Shown here: piece by piece, positions 11,193 to 24,734 of the stretch
How the letters are laid out: each line of letters begins with the position of its first letter
Position numbering within the stretch: position 1 is the first letter of the stretch
Assembly: GCA_043228905.1 (NCBI GenBank)
Contig: JBHGNT010000015.1
Coordinates: 11,346,001-11,410,000, forward strand
Source of the DNA: Azolla caroliniana
Lineage: Eukaryota; Plantae; Polypodiophyta
Length of the DNA: 64,000 nt
Direction of reading: 5' to 3'
Notes under the pieces: generated by a model
Told to the model about the DNA's origin: nothing
What the model saw: only the letters and a program-made list of their open reading frames with translations
Database searches by the model: none
Translations under genes and position numbers: made by a program

Positions 11193-14100
11193 AATTAAAC
11201 TAATATTGCTAACTAAATCAATCTCATACGCCAATATAGGAGTATTGGTACATGGCCATGGCGTTTTATGATGAACCTATGTGACATTCATTTGTGTTTT
11301 TCTTTGCATTTCACTTACCTTTTCAAACAAGTTGTTGCGAAATCAATTGATTGCTAATAGAAACAACATATTTAGGTCGGGTTTTTAAGAGGGGATTTTG
11401 GTGATTAATTTTTATGCTAGAAGAATGTATGAGATGAATTACTTGCAGAACCATTGAATTTTGGTCAAACTATCAGAAAGGGGATTTTGAAAATGTACCT
11501 TTTCAGGCAAGAGTTCACCTGGGAAATGGAACGAGATCGCTGCCAATAAAAACAAGGTTGTATATTAAATTTATTACATGAAATTCCAAGATTAAGAGTT
11601 GACCAAAGAACATCATATTTTATTGCTTGATTACGTCAGTGACTTGCATCAATTGAGAGTATCTGGCCTCCAGAATTTCCTATCCAATCCATGAATTCAT
11701 TCACATGGTCAAATTTGTTGTTCTAAATCTTGCTAGTGTATCAGAACTATATTGGATGAACTCACCATAGCCTTACTCCATTCTAACACAACTACTCATA
11801 AGAGACACAAAAACCACTATCTGATAAGAGGTCAGTGACAAATTCAAGCCTTTCAAACAGTCTATGAAGGTTTTTAACAACTCTTATGAACAATGAATTG
11901 TGATCAAAGCATGAAATTTTGATCTCGTCGTGTCAAAGGTGACAAAAGGTTTCGATATAGAAAAGATGACATCCATCTTTCTGTCGAAGTGAACATTATA
12001 GTGTTGCATGGATTTTCATTGTTTTGTGCCACTTCACACAATGTTCTCAATTCCTCAGTGTCAAAACTCTGCATTCATGATAAGCTGATAAGAGATATAC
12101 CCATTTCTTTTCTTTATATCAATCCATTAAACATACATAATGGAATGTCAACATTTTTCTTACTGGTCTCTGGAAAGGACCCCATGCTTTTTACTACTCT
12201 AGATTTGGTCATCTTGACATCTGCAAATCACTGCTGATATTTTTTCTAGCCTAATGTTTCCATAAGAGTCTTTGTCCTTACGAAAAACTCCAAAGTATCC
12301 CAAGCTTTTCTCTATTTCCCAAGTGCTCCTTAGTTTTATTTTCCATGATGCCCATGGTCTAACACCCAAAAAACCAATTATGTGTTGAAAAGAGCAATTA
12401 TATGTTGAATTCATCCCATTTCCCTCTATTTTGGGTGGTTGACTAATAGCTAGGGGAAATAAAGAAAAATTCAGGTGTTCCTCAGTTGATTTTGCTTTAT
12501 TGTCTATCCATCCAATAAGGAACACATTGTATGATTGGTATTTTATTAGAGTTTGGCCATACACAGTATTTTTGTTGATTTTGTGACATGTGTGCTTTTG
12601 CAAGAACTTCATAAAGAATTTGGCGGAGAGAAAAATGATGGCTTGCAATTTCAAGATGTATTGAGGACCAATCCGTGTGTCAATTTCTCTGTGAACAGAT
12701 TTAAATGCTCCAGAGAAATGGAATAAATGTTCATATACACGTATGCTATAATCACTACGTCTCTCGAGTTTTTTTTGGACCAGTTCAAATAAGCGAACCA
12801 ATCAAATAGGTTCAATACTTTGTTTTAATAGAAAGCATTTTGTTTGATCTAGTTACTCTTGTAGTTTTAGTTTTGAGACTTCGTCAAGGGCGTCATGAAT
12901 TTCGATGGCAACATAGAGTACTGTGAAGATGGGTAAACTTTGGATTGAACCAACAACAAAATCATGACTTGATGGATTAGCCACTCCAATTCAAATGTAG
13001 AAATTTATAAATGGTTTGAGGTTAGAAGGTCTACGTTGATTTAGTTGGAGACTTTATTTTAAGAGAACATTTTTGAAATATTTATTAGATATATAAGGAA
13101 ATAGTATAAACTTAAGAGAACATAAGTGTTTATTAATAAAGAATGGTAGGTTTGAAAACTCAAGTGTACATTTGCCATTCATTCAATTCGTGTTGATAAA
13201 ACTAAAATTGGAAACCATGGATTAATGGTTTCTAGATTTCTAGTTTGGTATAAGGTTCAAAAGTTTGCAACCGATTTTAGATTGAGGATATAGAACAAAT
13301 GGGGGTTGATTATTATGTAACACATCAAATATATTATCACAAACAAACCTGCAAATTTTTTACAAAATAGCCATAGGTTTTACGAAAATGTGCTTCCAAT
13401 TTCCAAATAGCCATTACCTTTCAAAACCCTCAACATAGCACAAGGAAATCATTGAGAAAGAGAGATGGCAGAAATCGTATGTAAAATGTGAGTATTTCAA
13501 AGAGTCGGAAAAAGACAGGTAGTTAGGGAATTTTTAAAATAGGACAAGAATTGTGAAGAAATTTCAAAACATTTATTATACACACACATGAAGGAAAAAT
13601 GTTTGAATTTTTCTTTATTTCCCCAACTGCCCTTTAATTTTCGTATATTATTACGAATGCCCTTGGTTGACACATGAAATATTTTTGGTGGTACCTGAGT
13701 TATATGCATTCAATTCATCCCCATCCTCTAACTAGAAATAATCTAAAAATGGACATTCAGGGACATAACTCCCTCTAACTAATGTCATTTGAGATAAAAA
13801 CAAATAAAAACAAGGGCATTTCAGGGAAATAAGGAAAAGCGAGCAAGTGAATCATGGAGGGGCATTTGGAAAAATAATAAGCATCATGGTTCGGAGAAAT
13901 ACAATAACTTCTTGAATACCCAATCAATTTGTTGTCAAGGTCTCATTATTTCTCCAAAATCATCTTGACATTGGGGTTGATAGGAGGAATTGGCCAACCA
14001 TATTGAGAACAAAGGTCATCGGTATTTTGCCATTTTTTTGAGCTCTAGAATCCCTTGACATGAATGGAAATCCGGGTTTCTTTTATTTATTAACGGGAAT

Positions 14101-15054
14101 GCCATTATGGTGATAGTGAAGACGAGAACCCACACCACATCATCTATATGCCAAAGGAACACACCTTGGCCCGCGATAGAAGCAAATAAGTATTATTCCA
14201 TTTTTGTTTTCTATTTAATTAAAGATTTGATTTGCTAGGGGCATCCCATCAACCATTTATAATTTTATTGCATAAATTACATTAAAAAGATTCTCAAGCG
14301 TTAGTTGTTATCACATTATAACTTTTGCCATTTTTTTATTATTAGAATTTTCTTCTATTATTATTATTATTATCGTTGCCCTTTCATTAATGGTTACATG
14401 ATTTCTCAGATTGGCTTGTAAGAAAATAGTTTATGCCACCCTAGAGTTTTGAAGTCTCTTCGTCGCTAGACGTACTTTCCGGTGTTTTTCTAGCATTTTA
14501 TCAAAAATTAGCATGTGTCTTTATAAGCCTTGTTGGCATCAAACAAAGTCTCTCTCTTCACACTTTTCTCGCAATCACTAATTAGTGACTTTAAAATGTA
14601 TTGTTAACATCAAAGGAACTTTTGGTTGTTTTTCTAGCTTCTTACCATTTTGTCGATCCCTTCGCTCAAGGGTGGTCGGTTGGATCAACACCCTTCTTTC
14701 TCTCTCTCCTTTCTATCTATCTATCTTTTATCCTTATCTTATGCTTACATTAGTACATATCTCTAATACCCCACACATTTCTTAAGATATCTACGTCTTT
14801 ATCTGAACATTCATCATCGACATCGTGAATAGAACAAGTTAGGATGAACTTATGAACTTTTTCGATTGTGGGTTCTCTAGCATATTATTTTTACATGGGA
14901 AGGACCTAACTTACGTGGAAAGTAAGCTTCTCAACTTCTCATGTCTCATCTCAAGTTTTAGGTCCATAGTGCACACAACTTATCACAATCACACAATTGA
15001 TCACATCACATGTGATATAGATGAATGAATCGACAGTGAACCTAATGTAGATAA

Positions 15055-15102
<48 letters not shown>

Positions 15103-15489
15103 CGCCATGTGTTAATACCCCACACTTGTAGTGGTGCCTAGTAAAGTAGTGATATATTGAGATGTGAACCATGTGCACGAGTTTGTGAAAATGTGGCCAC
15201 CACTAGGGGACAACGAAGAGAATGACAAATTTCTTCAATATACATTTTTATGATTTTGGTTAAGTTCTATCTTCAAAATATCATGAATTGAAAATGATGC
15301 TTTGTCTCTCAAAATGCCATGTTTTTTGGTTAGAACTTAGAACATATCTTAGAGGGTATTTCTATGGTACAAATGTTTCTTAATGGTCATGTCCTAATGG
15401 CTTCGTTTTTAAACAGTTCATATTAAGCAATTATTGAAAGCTCGCCATCATCAAATACCAACCTTACATTATGTAAATTTATGTACCAA

Positions 15490-17303
15490 AGCAATGACTT
15501 TTCTTAATGCTAGGTACATATTTGACATTTTTGAGCACGAGCTCTTGACCATTATCCAAAGACCAGTGAATGGTGCCAATACCATCAATATTACAAGCAC
15601 TATGGTTACGAAGATAAACTCTTCCATAGTTGCCTGCATCAAATGTGGTAAGCACTCCAAAAATGGAGTAACATGAAAAGAAGCCCGAGAGTCTACTATC
15701 CATGTTTGTGTCAATCCATCATCGATTGACAATAAAGCATGAATAACATCTGTTTTGGTGATTTGCATGTTTTGAACATGACCTATGAAGGCATCACCTA
15801 TAATACAAAGTACATCACCATCTTTCACCAAATTGGTCTTAAATGATAACATTTGAAGCCATATTAGCTTTCTTTGTTGTATTAAATTTATCATCAGATG
15901 GAAACACTAGAAAGCATCTATGGTTATTGTGAAAGGTTACAAAAAGCGTACTCTGTACAGTTTGCAATGTACAACTTTACCTGGAAGGTTTCTTGCTATT
16001 GCTGAATTTGACTCTCGTTTAGAGCTTTGGCATAAGAGATTTGGACATATGAGCATAAAAGGACTTGAAGTCCTTTCTGTTCTAAAACGATTTGATATTA
16101 AGGATCAAAGCTGATTTTTTGTAATGATTGTCTATTTTCCAAACAAGTGAGAAACTATTATTATTATTCTCATGTCAACAAATTTTTGGTTTCATCATTA
16201 GAGGTACCAATTAAACGATCCATAAAAAAATTAAAGAGGGTAAGAACTCCAAATAAACCACCATATATTCCACAGAATTAACAAATGGAATGATCAACTA
16301 TAAAGGGTGATTAATGATTAGCAACAATGCACAACACAAACAAGCATCAATAGCTAATTATAGTCAATGATGACAAACACACATCACCACCAAAAACATG
16401 AACTCCTAAATTTCTAAACTATATGTTGTCGATTTACATTGCTTGGTTATGATGGCAAAACAACACCCATAACAATGCTACAACTAAGAATCCCAAAGAA
16501 GATAAAATTAAGAAAATCAAGTACCAAGAAAATAGAATCAACTTGATGAATACAAAACAACTTAATTAGTATGTCTATCCACAAGGGGTGCTCTCCTATC
16601 GAAGCATTAGGAAACGTGCAACATCGACAGAGCGGGAGTGTCAATAATCCTGGTTAACCGTTCACTGAACACAAATTAGTGTACTGTAAACCAAATGTAG
16701 AAATATAAAACAAAGAGAGGGACATTTGCATGTTTACATCTTCTGGCTAATCAACTAAGAGAGCATCAATTGTCAAACTGACCTGAAATATTCTGGAGTT
16801 ACAACTTGAAGAGGGGTATTGTAGCCAGAACCCACAAAATCTTTAATACTAACAATACGGAGAATTACAGGACTAATGATAATAACACGCAATAATTTAA
16901 TACACTTGCCACCATGATAATAAAACAAAACCAACATTGCAAACTTTCTTAATCATCGATTTAAAATGAAAAGAACTTCACAAACAAGACTATGGTAAAC
17001 CATCAATTAACTTCACATACGCTAACTCCAGAAAACCCTAACAACCATTTTGCAATTTTTTTGTTGAAAAAATTTCTTTGACATATTTTGTAATCACATA
17101 AATATAACGGTAAAACGAACATAGCTAATTCATAAGAAAAGCAAAGAATGATGACAAGAGATGTATCGTAAGGAAGGAGATATATACAATGAAGTAGAAG
17201 TATCAGATGATCCTTAAAGAGCTTAACCTCATCAATGAAGATTCGACACAAAGAAAGAAAGGAGGGGAAGGATCCCATTCGGCGTGTACAAGACCCTTGG
17301 GAG
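15490..17303. repeat. Duplicated block, copy B left part (copia fragment partly inverted)
   Basis: 15900-17303 matches 308-1711. 15490-15728 is the reverse complement of ~1-235. Confidence 0.9.
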
Positions 17304-17745
17304 TGTTGAGAGACAAGCTCAACATTGGCCGGATCGGTTGAGCAAGCCGAGGACTGCATCGGTTGGGACCGATTGGTTAGGCCAGACTAGTGCGTAAAAC
17401 AGATACGCAAACCGGTGCGTAACAAGAGGCCGTATCGGTGCGTAAACGGAAAGGCCGCGAGAGAGATATTCCCCGTAAGGAATAGTTTTGGGAGTAAGAG
17501 TCGAGGCTCATTTATGAGCAGTCAAGTTTTGTCAGTACTTGTGTCAGCCCATTTTCAGGGCTTGTATACAAGGTGCTCACTAAGCACAATGTATGTATAG
17601 ATCGAGTATTATTTTTGAATTAAGTTCTTGTGTTTACTCTCTCTCTGTCTCTCCCGTGCGTACTGTGCAAACCTAAGCTTTCCATTAAACCTGCGTTTTC
17701 GATTGTTCAGTTTTTCTATATTGCTTCCGCACATCATTCTTTTCA
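17304..17745 (+). repeat. 5' LTR of Copia A1
   Basis: TG start where homology to copy A ends. CA end directly before the PBS. Confidence 0.85.
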
Positions 17746-17757
17746 TGGTATGAGAGC
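17746..17757 (+). promoter_or_regulatory. PBS, tRNA-iMet (TGGTATGAGAGC)
   Basis: One mismatch to TGGTATCAGAGC. Confidence 0.85.
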
Positions 17758-17839
17758 GCGAGGGTTGCGAACTTCTGCAACCGACTTTGCTTGAAGGAAA
17801 AACCAACGAAGAAGAACAAGAAAACCGATGGACAGAGGA

Positions 17840-19460
17840 ATGGCTAGCTCGCTTCCGACGGAGAAGCTCGACAGAACCAACTACGCATCTTGGTCCTACA
17901 AGATGCACCAGTACCTACTCGGGCACGGTTACTGGAGCTATGTCGATGAAGCAAATGACACAACACCCGATTCGACACACAAAGACTTCTCGGCATGGGA
18001 ACAATCGACGAGCAGAGTGCTCACTGTTTCGCGTCTTGTGTGGGCGAACAACTGTTAAGCTACGTTCAGGATGCAAAAACGCCGAAGGGTGCGTGGGAAA
18101 ATCTGAAGAAGATCGTCGCCGCGAGCACCACAGCCAGGAAGCTTCAACTTCGACAGAAGTTGAGCAACCTACGACAACGTGATTTGTGGGTGGCTGACTA
18201 TACCTCGAAGATCAAGGACATATGCAACTCCTTTCCTTCCATCGATGTGAACATCGAGAAAAGCAAGATGGTCCAGGTCTGTCTCGGGGGTTTGGCGTCA
18301 AAGTTCGGAGCGTTCTGAACTGTTGTGTGTACCCGGGAGAATACGCCGTCGTTTTTCGACTTACAGTCGATGCTCCTTATAGAGTAGAACCACGCGGGTG
18401 CGTCGACAAGCACGCATGCCGACAGCAAGATGTTGTACATGGAGGGAGATAGGCCTCGTAGTCGTGGTGGACGAGGCGAGTCGGTACGCAATGTAGGCGG
18501 GCGACGAGATCAAGGAAGAAGGCACCGAAGTGATGCCGACGAGAACCGGCAAGGGAAATCCGCCGCGGAATGCTGGTGTTGTGGCAAGAAAGGCCACACG
18601 GAGAGCGAGTGCTGGAAAAAGCGCGCCGAGTCGGAGAGGACCAATTCCGATTCCGGTTTCGGACGTACCGACAAAGGAAACCGACAGCGATCGCACTACG
18701 CCGAAGGATCCGGAAAAGCCGTAAAAGGGCCAGTCTTCGTGACGAGCCACGAAGCAAAATCAATGAAGAAGATCACCCCGAAGTTGGAGGAGGTGTGGTA
18801 CGTCAATTCGGACGCGTCAAATCAGATGATGTGCCACGAGGAGTGGTTCTCATACCTTGAGAAACCGACGCAACCAGGAGTAGTCGCAACCGGAGATGAC
18901 ACTCAACATCTGATCGCGAATGTCGGTGAAGTTCCCTTGAGCCATGTCAGGCAGAAAGGGAAACTTACGAATGTGTTACACGTCCCGACCATCACGAAGA
19001 ATCTGGTGTCAGTCGGGCAAATCGTCGACCAAGGGATGCAGGTTCGGTTTACACACCTCGGGTGCTTCATTGAGTAAGAAGGCCGTGTTATTGCGCAAGG
19101 GCGAAAAGATGGGAGGATGTTCATCCTCGACTCTACTGACGGTGGCACCGCAGTGTTCGTGAAGGGACAAAAAGTCGAGTCGGACATCGACTTATGGCAC
19201 AAACGGATAGGCCACGTTAACTACCAGCGGCTTCAAGACCTGCAATCGAAACAGGTGGTGTTCGGATTGCCCAAATTTAGTGGCCGAAAGGCACAAATTT
19301 GTGAAGCCTGCCAGCTTGGGAAGCAACGCCGACTTCTTTTCCCCAACGAGGGTAACTGGGTCCGGAACAAGCTCGACTTGATACACTCCGATGTGTGGGG
19401 ACCAACACAAAACGTTAGTCTTGAGAGGAGCCAATATTTCGTCTCCTTCATCGACGACTA
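17840..19460 (+). pseudogene. Copia A1 gag-protease-integrase N-terminus, with stops and frameshifts
   Basis: KLDRTNYASWSYKM, zinc knuckle CWCCGKKGHTESEC, WYVNSDASN, LWHKRIGH, CEACQLGK, IHSDVWGP. Confidence 0.9.
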
Positions 19461-19920
19461 TGTTAATCCTAGGGCCGGACAACAGCCTAACACAGGGTGT
19501 CCACTTAAGACACTTCACCAAAGCGTGTTACGACAAGATGACTTACAACACAACGTTTAATTAGACCTTGATTGGTTACTTAGCATTATGTCATTAACAC
19601 GCGTAAGATATAACAATGAGTACAGAACGGTAATCAATACTTAAAAGTTAAGGCAATAAGTTCTATTAATTATCCGTTGTCGATTACATTGTAATCGGGC
19701 CTTTATATAGGTCTCCGGTGCGAAGTACAAAATGGTGCCAACCGGCACCTTTTCGGGATCGGTCCGGATCGGGATCGGCATACCGATTCCGGTCCGTTCG
19801 TCGACATCTTTTCATATATTAATATATATTAAGACTACTAATTACAACAGTTCCCGAATAAACTATTCCTTTCACACTCTGGTTTGGACCTCCTTAAGCC
19901 TTCTTGCCGGCCGGGTAACA
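19461..19920 (-). repeat. 3' LTR of B
   Basis: TGTTAATCC...GGGTAACA, a direct repeat of 38031-38490. Confidence 0.95.
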
Positions 19921-19922
19921 CA

Positions 19923-19939
19923 TGGCACGCTCGTGGGAC
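19923..19939 (+). promoter_or_regulatory. Inverted PBS-like site (tRNA-Arg) at the PPT position of B
   Basis: TGGCACGCTCGTGGGAC lies 2 nt from the 3' LTR. No purine tract on the sense strand. Confidence 0.75.
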
Positions 19940-19957
19940 AAAACCTTGTACGTCCTG

Positions 19958-22744
19958 TTACGCTTCGTCCAAAATGTCCACAATGCTTTGCTCCAAAATT
20001 TCCAATGGCTTGTCGAGAATCTGTTGTTGCTGATGTTCCGTTTGTGTCTCTGGCTGCTCCATTTGTGCCTTCTCTGTTTGGGGTTGCGGCTCCGTTTGTC
20101 GCTCTGGCACCGACGTTTCCTTCGTTGGTTCCTCCGTCGAAGTTGTCTCTGGCTGACTGACCCCAGCTTGGTCCCCGTCTGGTCCTTGTACCGGAGACGG
20201 TTCCTCATCACTAAGGTTGACTGTTGCCACCTTCCTCGCTTTTTCTTCCCGAAGCCGGGACCGCTCATAGCTCTCAAACTGGATTTGAGCCTCCAACCGA
20301 TTGTCGTCCAGTTGAGCTACGAGCTGCTGGACCTGCACCAATTGTTCATCCGTCAGGGCTATGAAATCTTCGGCCAACTCATCCCTTATGGCGGTGAAGT
20401 CCTCCGATGTCAGCGTATAACAGTCGTCACCCTCCTTCCACTGGTTTTCCACGTCCGCCCTGAGCAATTGGAGTTCCGTCGTATTCTGCGCCCATTTCGT
20501 CCACCATTGCATAGAGATCTTGTCAATCAAGCTTTTGGTCTTGGTGAGCCATGACCGAAGGATGCACTAGATCCGTTCGGTTCCCATCCATGATTTGTTC
20601 TCCGTGGCTTGTCGCTCCTCTTTCAACTGCTTGATAATTCTGACCGTGTCCGCCTCCTGCTCCCTATAATGGGACAATTGACTTTGATAGGTTGTTTGCA
20701 ACCTCTGTAACACCATTGACGCTCTTTCCTTTTCTTCATGGTTCTGGTTGTGGAGCTCCATCCAGTCCATCGCCGCTTCCTCCAATAGCTTTGAACTCTC
20801 AGCTCGTTCGTCAGTGAGTGTCGTTGTGGCCCTATCAACTTCTTGCCGGAGCTCGGCCATCCGTTCCTGCTGTTGCTTATACTCCATCTCCAGCTGCTTG
20901 TAATCTCGGTGCAGATGATCAAAATCATCGGTCTTCTGCTTCAGCCTCTGGTTGATCTGCCAGCGCACGTGGTCCTCCCGGTCCTTCTGTTGACGGAGTT
21001 CTTCCTTCAGCCTTTCAATTTCTGTCTCCGCCATCCGTCGCAACTTGTCTTTCTCCTGTAGCAATTTCTCTTTACGCATGATGTCCTTTAGCTGGTCGTA
21101 CGCATGATGTCCTTTACGCAAGTTTTCCTCTGCCCGGCGGAGGTTCTCAGCAGTCTTCTTTAATTCTTCTTTGGCCGCCTTCTTCAAGTCGCGTTCGCGG
21201 CTTCGTAATGCTTCTTGTGCGGCCATCTTGTCTCTTAATTAGGCAAGCTCTTGGGCTTGAACCGCATCTTTCTCCGGGACAGTTTCCGTCTCCGAGGTCT
21301 TATTCATATGTACATCCACCGGAGTCACCGGTGCTTGGATCTGCGTTGCGGTTAAGGCCATTTTGGCCATGTCTTCGGTAATCCAATCCAAGTCTTGTTC
21401 GAGGCACCGGGCTGTCTCCAGTTCATAGGTTGTGACGAGCAACCGTTCCGTTTGCGCTCTTTCTTCCGCCTCTATGCATCCGACTACTCCAGCAATTTGT
21501 CCTCCTATCCACCGGAGCCATTGGCTACCGGTGCACTGTTGTTGTGTCTGCACGGCGGGTTGGCTGATGGGTTCACTTGCCGATGGCTGGTCTCGCCTTA
21601 CTGCGTCGAGCTCCACTTCTAGTTTTGCCTGTTGACCACTTTGCCGTTCCGGCTCTGGGTGTGATTCAGCTAGTTGCCCCTTGTCTGCTTGTTCTTGGCT
21701 AGCTGAGGAGGTTGGCCTTTGTATAACCGGTTCTTGAGTTACGGGGCTTGCCGATGCTGCCTGTTGTGCAGGGACTTCTATGACCGGTTCCATCCGAACC
21801 GGTTCCGGTGCCTCCCTTGGCGTGGGATGCTCAGTGTGGGTTGCGGGCGTTCCATCCTTTTGTGGGTCCGAACGCTTCCCAGCTGATTCAGCGGTGCTCT
21901 TCACCGGTCGCCACTGGAGGTGCTTCGTGGGTTCTTCCTCCATTTCCTCCGCCTGAGTTCCGACATTCATTCTTGCCGCCAGGGTGTCCGTTTCTTGCTG
22001 CACCAGTCGGTGGAGTGGGCTCTTCCGGGGCCGTGTCGGTGTCTCCACATGTGTGTCCGTCGACCACTTCCAGCTGGCGCGCTCCTTTGCCGCCTTCTCT
22101 GCGTCGGCCGTCTTCCCCTTAGTGGCCTTGGAGGCCAACAACTGTTGTCGTTTTGAAGTAGGTTTTGGGGTGCCGTCTGTTGGTCTTCCCCGCTTCTTGG
22201 TCTGGACGGGCTCGACCGGTGGCGCCAATAGGGTGAGCCATTGCGTTACCGCATGCCATATTTTCCGGCCTTCCTTGCCGTCCTTTCCTCTTACAATATC
22301 AATAGCCGTACACAACCCGTCGGCAATCAGCACCGGCCATTCCACCTTGACCCCTTCGTACGTGGCGATAATCAAGCCTGCTCGGTTCTGAGGCATAACT
22401 GGGGGTTGAGGGTATACGTGGCCGAACTCATGGAGTACACGGGCAATTTCGCGGAATAACATGTCTTCACCGCCCTGTGTCCTGTAGCCTTTGCTGGCGA
22501 GAGAATACTCACCGAAATATTTGATGAGCTGCTCGGAGGTAGGATTGTCGATCGTGTAGATGCCCCCCTCCGGAAGGCCTGTTAACACACGGATTGCCTC
22601 CTCCATGATCACCTCTGTGTCGATTTCTTTGATAATCTTTTCGGCCTCCTTGTGTGGCGCCGCCTCCATGATCGTCAAGAAACCCTCGAGTCCGTGTTAT
22701 CGTAGCCATTTCTTGGCGGCTTCAGACAGTGTTTGGTAGTCCAT
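19958..22744 (-). pseudogene. Extra ORF3 of B, 929 codons in one frame with 3 premature stops
   Basis: ORFs 22697-23023, 21239-22678, 20567-21226 and 19958-20530 share one frame. Globular N-domain, Pro/Glu linker and coiled coil. Homologous to ORF3 of C. Confidence 0.85.
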
Positions 22745-23163
22745 CTCTGCGTCGAGGTTGGAGAGTGTTGGCGAGGTTTGATGGTGGGGAGAGTGTGAGA
22801 GAGAAAGTTCTGAGTGAGGGGGTTCTCTATGCGCGAGCTCTCTTCGATTGATCTTCACGCGTCTGTCTGTGTTTGTTCTCCTTGGTTCGCGAAAGGAGAA
22901 GGTCTCGATGCGTGGGGGTTTTTCTCTCTGCATCTTGGCGCCTTTTTCGAGCCTCCGCATGTGCAGGTTGTGTACTATAATAGCATTGCGTGCCATGTGG
23001 CGGTGGTTTAATGTCTTATTCATAGCCTCCTCGTACCTTTTCGACGTGTCTCTTTACTCCTCATTTGCATGGCCGTTTCCACCACTCCTTTCCATGATTT
23101 CTTTGATTCACTTTTTTTTTTTTCTTTTTTTTCTTTTTTTTTTTTGTAAAATTAATTGTGTGG

Positions 23164-24734
23164 TTAATTTTTCTCCGGTCCTATCGAACCCTTACCTGAA
23201 ACGTGCACCTTGCCGGCCTCTTGACGGTTTGCTGTTGTTTTGCTTTCCCCGGTTGCCGGCTCGTGCTCCTCCTTATCGGCTTGGTGGTAGCCGTTTTCCT
23301 CACGGGTTGCCGTCATGGTTGGCTTGCCGGCGTCTGATTCGGTGGCGGCCCTTCGTTCAAATGGGTTCTTGGGCATAGGTCCTTCGTATGGCTTTAGTCT
23401 AAATCCGTTGACCCATTTACCCAGCACCTCGCCGACAAGTGTCCCTAACTGGTAAGACCCATTGAACCCGCGTGTGATCTAGTACGGTTTGGTCCATCTA
23501 AACCGTAGTTTGCCTGGCATTTTACCCATCCGGGTCTGGAACACGAGTACCGGCTTGCCGATTTTGAACATCTTTTCGTTTCCCTTCCGGTGCTGATCTA
23601 CAAACGCTTTCCGTTGTCGTCGTTCCAATTCCAAGTGCATGATGCTCGCCGGCAAGTGTCCCTAACTGGTAAGACCCATTGAACCCGCATGGGATCTAGT
23701 ACGGTTTGGTCCATCTCAACCGTAGTTTGCCTGGCATTTTACCCATCCGGGTCTGGAACACGAGTACCGGCTTGCCGATTTCGAACATCTTTTCGTTTCC
23801 CTTCCGGTGCTAATCTACAAACGCTTTCCGTCGTCGTTGTTCCAATTCCAAGTGCATGATGCTCGCCAATCGGTGTTCTTCTAGTTCACACAGAGCCTTT
23901 AACCAAATTCCCTTTGATTCCTTTTCATTGAGTCGTTCCCGAATCTGAATCCGTAAGCTCGATACTTGGAATTCGACCAGCATGACTACCTCTAATCCGA
24001 ATGCTAACCAGAACGGCGTTGTTCGGATGCTTGTTTTGTACGCTGTCCGATAAGCCCAGAGTGCACTGTGCAGCTTCGTGTCCCGATCTGTCTGATTTTC
24101 ATTGACGATGTTGCGCAGGATATTCTGTAACGTTTTGTTTGTTGACTCAGCTAATCCGTTGGCTTGTGGGTAGTACGGGGTGCTCCGTTTATGTACTACC
24201 GCAGAGAATGACGTCAACTTCTCCAGTACCTGTCCAAGAAAGTGTCCTCCTTGGTTGCTTATCAACTCTATGGGGCATCCGTACCGGCACCAAATGTATT
24301 CGTATAAGAATTTTGGCGTCGACGCCGCGGTGTTGTCTCGTAAGGCTTTGGCTTCCACCCATTTAGTGCAATAGTCCGTCGCGACGATCACATACCGGTT
24401 GCCAGTTCTCATTGCCGGTGGTTTAAATGGTCCGACAAAATCCAGTCCCCATTTCTGAAATGGTTCTAGCGGTAGTACTGGCTGGTGTGGCATCCTAGCT
24501 TGTTCCATTGGCTGGCCCATTCGCTGGCATAATTCACACTCTTTCGCGTACCGAACTGCGTCCTTCAATATAGTCGGCCACCATAGGCCACTTTGCCATA
24601 TCTTCCTTGCCGTAGCATCCCCGACATAATGGCCTCCGACGACTCCGCAGTGTGCTTCCCGTAGTATTACCTCTTTCTCGTCGCTGCGCACCGCTCGTCG
24701 CCATATACCGTCCGCACCTTTGTGGTATAGCGTG
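23164..24734 (-). pseudogene. Integrase of B
   Basis: HHCC (EAHCGVVGGH...CELCQR), [29 protein letters not shown]. Confidence 0.9.
23430..23867. repeat. ~217-bp tandem duplication inside the B integrase C-terminus
   Basis: CAAGTGTCCCTAACTGGTAAGACCC...GATGCTCGCC occurs twice in tandem. Confidence 0.9.

Noticed and set aside
9060-11600. Intact spliced host gene
   Set aside because: Intron-like composition, but I could not assemble a consistent exon chain or recognisable protein.
13350-13900. MULE/MITE-like termini (GGGCATTT motifs)
   Set aside because: I could not define paired TIRs or a TSD.
19958-22744. Retroviral env gene
   Set aside because: No signal peptide, transmembrane segment or cleavage motif is visible.
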